From the IMG/VR virus record IMGVR_UViG_3300027987_000368, positions 16,844 through 80,843 of that record: a stretch of DNA of 64,000 nucleotides. One strand, 5' to 3'. Below the pieces are notes generated by a model. It saw nothing but the letters and a program-made list of their open reading frames with translations. It did no database searches and was not told the origin of the DNA. The DNA is from a virus. This document shows, piece by piece, positions 37,913-45,838 of the stretch. The stretch's first letter is position 1, and each line of letters starts with the position of its first letter. A program made the translations under genes and the position numbers.

Positions 37913-38517
37913 GTCACCTGGAACTTGACTTCATCTCCGTTGGGGTCGCCGTCGTAGGCATCGGTGCCGTCGATCAGCAGCAGCACGCCGTCGCCTGGGC
38001 GTTCGCGGCCAGCTGCACCGAGAGAGATCTCTTGCTGCCACTGGATGCCCCAGATCGTGTAGGCGGTCTTCTCGTCTTTGTCGAGGTACCGCGCCCGGAA
38101 CCTGACGGATCCTGCGACCGGTGGCTTGCTGAAAATATTGTCGACGTCCGCGTCGCGGAACACGTCGGCGTAGACGAAGCGCATCGCCTCTCCGATGAAA
38201 TCGAGCGCGTCTGTTGTTCGGTCGATCAGCACGCCTCGAACGATCACGTACCAGACGAATGTCGGCGTGCACTGGATCGTCATCCCGTGGCCGTTGCGCA
38301 CCGCATCCCCATCAACAACCGTCACGATGCTGCGCGGCGCCATGCCTGCATGCCGCATGATGAACCCTTGGGTCACGGGCCCGCTGTGCCCGATCGTCTC
38401 GTGCTTGGCGTGAGGCCCCATCCACGCCTGTACCTGCGCGACGACAATGTCGCGAGCCTTCCGCAAATTGCTTTGCGGTCGCGGGCTTGGAAGCACTGGC
38501 TCGGTGACAGCCATCAC
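37909..38517 (-). CDS. Tail terminator/neck protein (Mu gp37-like)
   Basis: Position; IWGIQWQQ C-terminal motif. Confidence 0.6.
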   Translation of the reverse strand: MMAVTEPVLPSPRPQSNLRKARDIVVAQVQAWMGPHAKHETIGHSGPVTQGFIMRHAGMAPRSIVTVVDGDAVRNGHGMTIQCTPTFVWYVIVRGVLIDRTTDALDFIGEAMRFVYADVFRDADVDNIFSKPPVAGSVRFRARYLDKDEKTAYTIWGIQWQQEISLGAAGRERPGDGVLLLIDGTDAYDGDPNGDEVKFQVT

Positions 38518-38948
38518 CAGCCCCTTTCGAAGTCAGCCGGGAAGATCGAGTCGAGCGACTTGCCGAGCTCGCGGCTGAGCCCGACGTACTCGCGCTTGGG
38601 CAATCGTCCGTCGCGTGACCCCGTCTGGTGCACGACCGCGTAGGGCAGCGGCGAGCCGAACCCAAGCACGTCGCCGGTGCGGTCGGACTCGAGCGAGTCC
38701 GCCAGCGAGCCCGTCGAGAACAGCAGCTTGTGCTGAGGCCCGCGTGTCGCCGCGTAGTCGGGCGACCAGTCATCCCAGACCTTGCCGCTGGGGCTCACCT
38801 TGTCGTCCTCGAGCCGCAGCCGCGTGTCTTCTTCGAGGGCCTCGCCGAACACGTCGAGTACGCGGCCGGGCCACCAGTGTTTCCACCGGGCCTCGAGCAT
38901 CTCGAACTCGAACAGGCCATCGAGTTGGAGGTCCATCAGCACCCACAC
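38514..38948 (-). CDS. Virion morphogenesis / tail completion protein (Mu gpG / P2 gpS-like)
   Basis: SPSGKVW, LFSTGSLADS, YAVVHQTG, LPKREYVGLS. Confidence 0.88.
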   Translation of the reverse strand: MWVLMDLQLDGLFEFEMLEARWKHWWPGRVLDVFGEALEEDTRLRLEDDKVSPSGKVWDDWSPDYAATRGPQHKLLFSTGSLADSLESDRTGDVLGFGSPLPYAVVHQTGSRDGRLPKREYVGLSRELGKSLDSIFPADFERGW

Positions 38949-39403
38949 TTTCCGAGTTTGCCGATCGGGAAGACGCGGACGATCGGCCCGCGGTACGCCG
39001 GGCGCGGCGCGACGATGCCGAGGTCGAGGCGCTTGTTGGCGATGTCGTCGAAGTAGGCCTTGACCTCCTCGACGCTGCGCTTGATGCGGTCCGTCAATAC
39101 GCCGTCATCTGCTAGCGCATCCCGGGCGGCGATCTTGGCGGCCGCATGACGAAGGTGCGGTGGGATCGTAGTCGGGAGCGCGAGGTAGGCCTGAAGGATC
39201 CGCGTGTCGAGGGCGGAGCTCGCGGTCTCGATCGTCGCGTCGATCCGCAGCAAGATCGTCGTGGGGATGTCGAAGGTCAGGCCGTCGATGTCGAACGATG
39301 TCAGCGGCGTCAGCCACAACTGCGCGTCGAAGTGCATGCGAACATTGTCCTCGGTACCTCCGTACCAACGGACAACATCCTCACGCTCGCAGTAGTTCGG
39401 CAT
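38936..39403 (-). CDS. Head-tail connector (Mu gp36 / DUF1320)
   Basis: MPNYC, ASSALD...Y..LP...P..L...IAR...IA..RLDLG. Confidence 0.8.
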   Translation of the reverse strand: MPNYCEREDVVRWYGGTEDNVRMHFDAQLWLTPLTSFDIDGLTFDIPTTILLRIDATIETASSALDTRILQAYLALPTTIPPHLRHAAAKIAARDALADDGVLTDRIKRSVEEVKAYFDDIANKRLDLGIVAPRPAYRGPIVRVFPIGKLGKCGC

Positions 39404-39406
39404 GGA

Positions 39407-40030
39407 TCAGGTCTTCGCCTTGATGCGCCGCTTCAACAGCTTGACGACAGGCGCCCGATCTTCGCCGACGATCTCAGCACCGAGAGCTTGCTGCAGCGCA
39501 GCTGCATCGAGGTTCTTGATCGCGGACTTGACCTCGACGAGATCGAGCCCGGCGAGATCAACCTCGCTTGACGCTGGGGGAACTTCGCTGGCCCCGCCGT
39601 CCAGCCTCGCCACCACCTTTTCGAGCTGCTGCGCGAGCATCTCGTTGCGCGCCTCCAAGGCTGCAAGCTGGCGCCCCTGGGCGAGCTCTCGCTCCGACCT
39701 GGTTGCGGCGTCTCGGGTGCGGTAGTGGCTGCGCAGGCCAGGCCGCACGGGGACGACGTGGACTTCGTCGCCGGCGACCGGTGTTCCGACCTGGAGGATC
39801 GGCACCATGCGCTTGCCGATCCTGACGCGGTCGTTGAAGAGGTGAGCAAAAGCTCCACCCTTGGCGCGCATCGTCGCGCCCTTCCCCTTGAAGCCACCGG
39901 TCCCGCGCTCGATATAGCCGCTCGGCACTTCGTTCCACCCCCGCTCGAGGCGCACTCGTTCGCCGCCGACTTTGGGCGTCAGAAAGAGCGGGTGCTCACC
40001 GTTGTTTCGGATGTTGATTGTCTCGGTCAT
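39407..40030 (-). CDS. Hypothetical head-associated protein
   Basis: Directly downstream of the capsid gene; C-terminal helical motif E...RAPVVKLLKRRI. Confidence 0.6.
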   Translation of the reverse strand: MTETINIRNNGEHPLFLTPKVGGERVRLERGWNEVPSGYIERGTGGFKGKGATMRAKGGAFAHLFNDRVRIGKRMVPILQVGTPVAGDEVHVVPVRPGLRSHYRTRDAATRSERELAQGRQLAALEARNEMLAQQLEKVVARLDGGASEVPPASSEVDLAGLDLVEVKSAIKNLDAAALQQALGAEIVGEDRAPVVKLLKRRIKAKT

Positions 40031-40053
40031 CGCGTCCTGGCCTACGTCAGATC

Positions 40054-41145
40054 TCAAACACCCCAGCCGGCGCCCTTGCCGTCCAGGAACAGCACACTCT
40101 CGGTGTTGGTCACCTGGACGCCCGCGAAGTACGACCAGACCGCGACCTCCATCATCCATGGGTTGCCGGGCACCATCACCGGCTGCTGGATCTGAGCGAA
40201 CACTGGCATCGTGCAGCGGATCAGATCTGCGCGGGGCGTCAAGAACAGCGCTCCGGGATGACCCTTGCCGTCCGCGTCGGACATGCCGGGATCCACGACG
40301 ATCTCCAGCTGTTCGTTGTTCTCGAGGATGTAGTTGCGCAGCGTAGTGTCGGTTCCGCCTGGCGAGAACTGCTCGGTCTTCATGTGCCGCGCGACCAGGC
40401 GCGGCAGCACCAGCAACTCTGGCTCTGGCTCTTCGCTGTCCTGCCCGTAGATCGCGTCGATGCTCTCGTTGAACTCGTCGTAGATCGGGCCAGCGTTGGC
40501 TGTAGCCCAGTCGACCGTCGAGACCTTCTGCAGGATCCCCGGGTAGTTGGCTACGCCGCGCAGTTTGTGCGCCACCGAGCCACGCCGCATCAGTCGGTTG
40601 ATCGCCTCGTAGTGCTTGCGACGGGTCGCGGTCCCCTTCGCCTGTTGCTTGTCATAGTTGGACCGAGCCGCCTGCGCGAGTTCGAAGAACCCGATCTGCA
40701 TCTTGTGCTCGATCTTGTGAAAGTTCGCGGTCTTGAGTTCGGCGATGATGTCGACGGTCCGCTCCTGCGCTTGGTCGAGCGCCGTCAGGCCATCGTCCTG
40801 CGTCGAATCGGTGACGCCACCCTCTTCCCATTCGAGGTGCTTATCCCCGATGCCCGCGCCTGAGTCGGTGATCGTGATGATCGAACCGTCGGCAAACGGC
40901 GTCTCGAGCTCGGGCTTCATGAACAGCCCAGCGATCATCGCCGTCGTCGCGCACCGCGATGCCGTGTGCAGCATCGAGTCGTTATTCGCGAACATCGACT
41001 TGAACTGAGGTGTCTTGCCCCAGTTCTGCATGGCCATGTCGCCCACAGCGTGGGCGATGACCTCGAAGTGCTGATCGAGAGCCTCCTGCTTGTGCCAGGG
41101 TTGGCGAAAGTCGAGCTTGGGTTCACGTTGAATTCGAGCGTTCAT
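40054..41145 (-). CDS. Major capsid protein (DUF2184, HK97 fold)
   Basis: ELAQAA...IN..M..GS...L.GVANYP...W...PELLVLP...LRNYILENN; position. Confidence 0.85.
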   Translation of the reverse strand: MNARIQREPKLDFRQPWHKQEALDQHFEVIAHAVGDMAMQNWGKTPQFKSMFANNDSMLHTASRCATTAMIAGLFMKPELETPFADGSIITITDSGAGIGDKHLEWEEGGVTDSTQDDGLTALDQAQERTVDIIAELKTANFHKIEHKMQIGFFELAQAARSNYDKQQAKGTATRRKHYEAINRLMRRGSVAHKLRGVANYPGILQKVSTVDWATANAGPIYDEFNESIDAIYGQDSEEPEPELLVLPRLVARHMKTEQFSPGGTDTTLRNYILENNEQLEIVVDPGMSDADGKGHPGALFLTPRADLIRCTMPVFAQIQQPVMVPGNPWMMEVAVWSYFAGVQVTNTESVLFLDGKGAGWGV

Positions 41146-41176
41146 GTTGTCCTCGTGTGGCTCACTGAGCAGCGGC

Positions 41177-41959
41177 TCACTTGAGCAGCAGCATGGCGGT
41201 CAATTCGCCGTTCGCGTCGGTGTAGGAGAGAGACGTCCAGCGCGCGTTGTCGAGAAGCTGAGTGTCGGTTCCGTCGGCGGAGATGCGGAAGGCTCCGTTC
41301 TCCTCGGCGCCGGCGTCGACCTTGCGAGCGTAGACGGGATCGTTGAGCGAGGTCACGGCCTCTTCGACCGAGACCGGGATCTCGCCCTGCGTCACCACGT
41401 CGACGTTGGCACCGACAGACCAATGATCGACATCGGCCGAATCGCCCGTGCTGCTTTCGAGCTCCGGGCCGATCGCCGTGACACCGAAGATCAAGCTCTC
41501 GGTGTCGGCCAACACGAGTTTGCGGAGGTGCCCGTCGTCGTTGAGCGAGACGGCGAGACCTGGACGCAGAGTATCGTTGGCCTCCGTCACGTCGGTCAGC
41601 GTCATGAGGGCGCCGACCGGAGCGACGGGCGTCGACAGGGTGAAGGTCTGATCGAGGTTGCGCGCCTCGAGGAACAGAGTCGCGCCAGTGGCTGTGCTCT
41701 CGGCCACCTTGACGACGACGGCGAGTGAGTCGGCCTTGGCCCCGAGCGCGACCACTGTTCCGTCGAAGTCGGTCGCTGCCACATTGACCTCAACCAGAGT
41801 CCCGTTGAACAGGAACGAATAGATGCCGTCGGCGTAGACGAGAGTCAGCGCGACCGACCACTTGGTGGGATGGCCAGGCCATACTCGGCTTCGAATGTCT
41901 CCCCGGCTATGGTCCTGGATCTGTCCCCGCATGGCGGGATTGGTCGTCGACAAAGACAT
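41177..41959 (-). CDS. Capsid decoration/cement protein
   Basis: PGLAV...FGV...VDVVTQGEIPV.VEEAV...VYAR; between protease and capsid. Confidence 0.7.
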   Translation of the reverse strand: MSLSTTNPAMRGQIQDHSRGDIRSRVWPGHPTKWSVALTLVYADGIYSFLFNGTLVEVNVAATDFDGTVVALGAKADSLAVVVKVAESTATGATLFLEARNLDQTFTLSTPVAPVGALMTLTDVTEANDTLRPGLAVSLNDDGHLRKLVLADTESLIFGVTAIGPELESSTGDSADVDHWSVGANVDVVTQGEIPVSVEEAVTSLNDPVYARKVDAGAEENGAFRISADGTDTQLLDNARWTSLSYTDANGELTAMLLLK

Positions 41960-42007
41960 GATGTGCGGTCCTCTTGGTACGTGGTGGGGGCGATCTGCCG
42001 AAATGGT

Positions 42008-44308
42008 TCAGGTCGTGGTGGCAGGCTTGCCGTAGACGGTGGTGGTGTCGATCTTCGGAACGATGATCGACACCGCGGAACCGTCCCTGCTCGACTTGCG
42101 AGCGGTTGCATGGCGTTTGGTCGCGGCGTATGCGTGATTCACGAACGCGTCGAACGTCGGAGCCGGCTTCTCCGGGTCGGGTCCTATCGCACTGTCGAGG
42201 TCCACCTTAGCGGCCGGGTCGAGGTCGAGGATCGCGGCGACGCGCATCGAGGTCATCGAGTCGGGTCGCTTGCCGTCCGACCACGTGGACACGAGCTGCG
42301 GACACAGCGGGGCGATCTCTCGCTCGAGCTCACGCATGTCGGCTTCTGCCTTGTCGGCCTCCAGCTTGTTGACGGTACGCGTAAGTGCGGAGAGCTCTCC
42401 CTGCGCGGCCGCGAGGTCGGTCGTCAGCTTGGCGGAGTCGCCGTGCACCTTGGCCTGCGACGCTCGGATGCGGGCAGCGGCGTCCTTGCTGACGCGCAGC
42501 TTGACGCCGTCCAACTCCATCATCTCGCCGCCGCCCAAGGCCTGCTTGACCATCTCGGGGTCGAGCTCGAGCGCGGCGGCAATCGCCTGCATCGCACCGT
42601 CTGCGGCCTCGGGGCTATCCGCGTAGGCGTATGCCTTGATCGCGTCGAGCAACGCCATCGCGGCCTCGGGGTCCATCTGATCTTTCTTCGGCTTCGTCAT
42701 GTCGTGTTCCTTGCTGGCCTCAAAAACGAAAACGGTCGCGCCGTCGATCAGCACTCGAGCCTTCGAGCCCGCACGTGCCTCATCAACGAGAGATTGATGG
42801 TTCACCTCGATGTCGGTCTGCCGATACGTGTACCGAACCCCCTGCGCATCGATGCCTGGGTCTCGCACCGCGAGCGTGGTGTAGCCGGTCGACAGCTGCA
42901 CCTTGCCGTCACGCATCTTGCGGATCGTCGAGATGTCGCCGACGCAGATCTTGACCTTGACGAAGCGTAGGCCGTGCTCGTCAGCGGGTTCCAGCGTCGC
43001 CCCCGTGCCGAGCATGCCCCTGGCGTACTCGCGCCAGTTGTCGGCCGTCACGAGGACTGGCGGATGGTCGTCGGTGAACGTGGCGAAGTCGAAGCTCTTG
43101 AGGCTCTTCTCGACTTCGTCCTCGCTCCGGTACTCGTACCAGGTGCTCTTGCCGTCGCCGTAGAGCTGGGAGCCCGTGCGCGCGGCGTAGCCCGTGACGA
43201 TCAGCCGGCCGTCGGTTGTGACCTTGTCGGCGAACCCGTCGGCGCGCAGCCGCTCCGCGATCGAGTTGACCTGCGCAGCATCGGTCTTCGGGCCGAGCTC
43301 GTCAGCGATGGCGAGCGCGCGGTCAACCGCCACGCGGTCTTCGGCACCGAGCGCGAAGTCCATCGTGCAGGTGCGGAAGACCCGGTCGGTCGAGTCGGCC
43401 TGCACGGTTGCGTTCGCCACGGTAGTCAGCAGCGCCAGAGCGCCCGCGAGCGCCTTGTCGGTCCAGCCTCGGGCGGCACGCTTGATCGGCGGCAAGGCCA
43501 TAACTCCGCGCAGCGCCTGGGTGACGCTGTCAGCGGTCGGCAGCTCGGAATCGTCGGTCGCATCGGTCCAGTGCCCCCAGTCCCGAAGCGACGCGTCGCG
43601 CTCGCTCGGACCTTCGCGGCCCTCGATCACAATCGGTTCCCCCTGCTCGACCTCGGACATGCGCTTGACAAACGCGATAGCCTTGACCGCGTCGTCGTAG
43701 TCGCCCTCGGTCCAGTCGGACATGGGCTTTTCTTTGAGCGCGATCACCCGGCGCAACGCATCTCGGGCGCTCTCTCGAGCGGCGCCTTCTTTGCGGTTCT
43801 CCCCCGCATATGGGCTCGCTGCCCAGTCGCGCATCTGCGAGGGCGTCATAGTGATCAGCCGCGGAAACTCTTCTCGGATCTGCGCCTGCTCATCTTCGCT
43901 GCGCGCGACATCGCCGTGAATGTCATGGTTGGCGCGCAGCTTCTCGAGCATTCCCTGGAGCGTGGTCTTGGCCTCGGCTCGGACTGCGTCCGACAGACCC
44001 TCGGTCTGCGACAGCCGGGCGAGCGCGTTGCGGATCGCGTTGCCGATGCCGACGAGCTCGCCGTCCTCGACGTACGCGATTGGCAGCTTGAAGCTCGCGC
44101 GCGTGATATTCTCGCCCGTAGGTGGATTCAGATCGGCAACGACGAAGCCCCTGGAGGCCTTGGCCCAGTCGACCTCGTCATCGTCCCCCGTAGCCCAGTC
44201 GAAGATTTCGCGCTGGCCACGAGCCCCGTCCCACTCGCCCTCGCGCAAGGTCATCGTGGCGTCAACCGTGACGGCGAATGCGTCTAGGCGTGCGGCGTGC
44301 CCGGTCAT
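42008..44308 (-). CDS. DUF2213 prohead protease/scaffold with N-terminal extra domains including DUF3140-like
   Basis: DGRLIV..AARTGSQLY...YR..EV..SLKSF...TDDHP...QLSTGY...NH.SLVD.ARAG; upstream EF..LITMTPSQMRDW...AFVKRM...SLRDWGH. Confidence 0.85.
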   Translation of the reverse strand: MTGHAARLDAFAVTVDATMTLREGEWDGARGQREIFDWATGDDDEVDWAKASRGFVVADLNPPTGENITRASFKLPIAYVEDGELVGIGNAIRNALARLSQTEGLSDAVRAEAKTTLQGMLEKLRANHDIHGDVARSEDEQAQIREEFPRLITMTPSQMRDWAASPYAGENRKEGAARESARDALRRVIALKEKPMSDWTEGDYDDAVKAIAFVKRMSEVEQGEPIVIEGREGPSERDASLRDWGHWTDATDDSELPTADSVTQALRGVMALPPIKRAARGWTDKALAGALALLTTVANATVQADSTDRVFRTCTMDFALGAEDRVAVDRALAIADELGPKTDAAQVNSIAERLRADGFADKVTTDGRLIVTGYAARTGSQLYGDGKSTWYEYRSEDEVEKSLKSFDFATFTDDHPPVLVTADNWREYARGMLGTGATLEPADEHGLRFVKVKICVGDISTIRKMRDGKVQLSTGYTTLAVRDPGIDAQGVRYTYRQTDIEVNHQSLVDEARAGSKARVLIDGATVFVFEASKEHDMTKPKKDQMDPEAAMALLDAIKAYAYADSPEAADGAMQAIAAALELDPEMVKQALGGGEMMELDGVKLRVSKDAAARIRASQAKVHGDSAKLTTDLAAAQGELSALTRTVNKLEADKAEADMRELEREIAPLCPQLVSTWSDGKRPDSMTSMRVAAILDLDPAAKVDLDSAIGPDPEKPAPTFDAFVNHAYAATKRHATARKSSRDGSAVSIIVPKIDTTTVYGKPATTT

Positions 44309-44514
44309 CCATGCCTCACAACGGGCGTCTCGTCGTCGACGGGCTTCTCGTCCTTGGTCGCCTGATCACGCTTGGCCTTGGCCTTCTCGGGCTTCGCTTC
44401 GCGTTCGCGCGACGTCGACGAGTTCGTGTTCACACCAAATTGGTACAGCGTTGCGCGCGTGCTTGTCTTGCCACAGCTGTCTCTGCAAGGGATCAAGTCT
44501 TGACGTTTCGGCCG

Positions 44515-45183
44515 CTACATTGCGATCGGGACATACAGACCGATGGGCGATCCCTCGACGAGATCCTGCAATCGAATCGATGCGCGCGCGCTCAGCTTCT
44601 CCACGCGGGCGACGAACACGTGGCCGAAGGTCGTGACTGTGACCAGACCGCGAGCTGCCACGCTCGCCATTCGCGACTCAACCTGCGCGCGCGCGTCGTC
44701 ATCGCTCGAGGCCCGGACCCACGTCACGAGTTCATCGGACGCGCGCACGGGCGTGACCGAGGGCGACCCGAGCACACCAACCCCGGAGACATCGACGCCC
44801 GCCAGATCGACCGTCACGGGGATCGCGGATCCCCGGACGCGAAGTCGCAGCGCGGTGTCGCCTGCGCTCGGCCAGACAGCGACAAGCCGCCGGCTCTCCG
44901 CCGGGATCTGGTCGAGCACCCGGCGAGCTGCGAACGGATCGCGGACCCCGACGCCGTCGACCTCGAACACTAGATCGAACAGCGGTGGCCCATCGAGCAC
45001 GAGGTCGGCATGCGCCGATCCGGTGGCTCGAGACCACCGCCCGATCAACGTCGCGGACGGCTGCTTCACGCCGGCCTCGACTTTCCAGATATGGCCGCGC
45101 CCGACCCCGACGCGCGCGGAGAGCTCGACCTGCGTCAGCCCGGCGCGGACCCGCTCGCGTCGAAGTCGGGATCCGAGGGTCAC
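44515..45183 (-). CDS. XRE-family HTH protein with C-terminal extension
   Basis: LGSRLRRERVRAGLTQVELSARVGVGRGHIWKVEAGVKQPS. Confidence 0.75.
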   Translation of the reverse strand: MTLGSRLRRERVRAGLTQVELSARVGVGRGHIWKVEAGVKQPSATLIGRWSRATGSAHADLVLDGPPLFDLVFEVDGVGVRDPFAARRVLDQIPAESRRLVAVWPSAGDTALRLRVRGSAIPVTVDLAGVDVSGVGVLGSPSVTPVRASDELVTWVRASSDDDARAQVESRMASVAARGLVTVTTFGHVFVARVEKLSARASIRLQDLVEGSPIGLYVPIAM

Positions 45184-45554
45184 CGCGCCCCCACCACAAC
45201 ACCGCGCGCGAGCAAGAGCGGCCGCACTTCGTTCCAGACTTTCGCGTGCCCCTTGGCCATCGTCGCCTGGCCCTTCGACAGCTCCACGTGCGGCTCTGTC
45301 AGCACGATGATGCGTTCGCACGGCACGCCATCGGCGTTGGACTTGAGCCACTTTCGCAGGGCCCGCACGACCGCCACACCTTCGATCACCCACGGTCCGG
45401 GGCGCGCGAACCAGTCCATCGCCACGTGCTCGCTCACGCCCGACCAGTCGAATAGCTCGATCAGGTCGTCGGTGTGCAGCACGTTCGACATCGTGTTCGC
45501 CAGCGTCGTCTTGCCCGTGCGCGGGCCGCCGATGATGCAGATTCGCTCGGTCAT
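45180..45554 (-). CDS. Small P-loop kinase (adenylate-kinase-like)
   Basis: RICIIGGPRTGKTTLA...LHTDD...WVIEG. Confidence 0.75.
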   Translation of the reverse strand: MTERICIIGGPRTGKTTLANTMSNVLHTDDLIELFDWSGVSEHVAMDWFARPGPWVIEGVAVVRALRKWLKSNADGVPCERIIVLTEPHVELSKGQATMAKGHAKVWNEVRPLLLARGVVVGAR

Positions 45555-45838
45555 CGCTCGCCACGCTTCTGCCGAGAACCTCGGTCCCGATCGTAGCTTG
45601 AGATCTTCTCGATGGATGCAACCGGGGCAAAGTCTTCGCATCCAGCGGGCGAATCGGCCGTCCATCGCCGATTCACAACGACCAGACTTCGATGCTTCGC
45701 GCCCTCTCCCACCACGAGACAATCCATGCGCGGCTCTTCCAGCCCGAACGCACACTCAGAGCACTTCACCGCGCCAGCGGGCTTCTTGTGGGTCATCGAT
45801 CCATGAATCCAACGCGCCGCTGGGTTGTTCCCGATCAC
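45551..45838 (-). CDS. Small Cys-containing hypothetical protein
   Basis: CSECAF...C...CEDF; coupled to the portal stop and kinase start. Confidence 0.4.
   Translation of the reverse strand: MIGNNPAARWIHGSMTHKKPAGAVKCSECAFGLEEPRMDCLVVGEGAKHRSLVVVNRRWTADSPAGCEDFAPVASIEKISSYDRDRGSRQKRGER

Noticed and set aside
27506-44287. Long plus-strand ORFs (27506-28834, 36222-37604, 41870-42970, 42974-44287)
   Set aside because: Shadows of well-supported minus-strand structural genes
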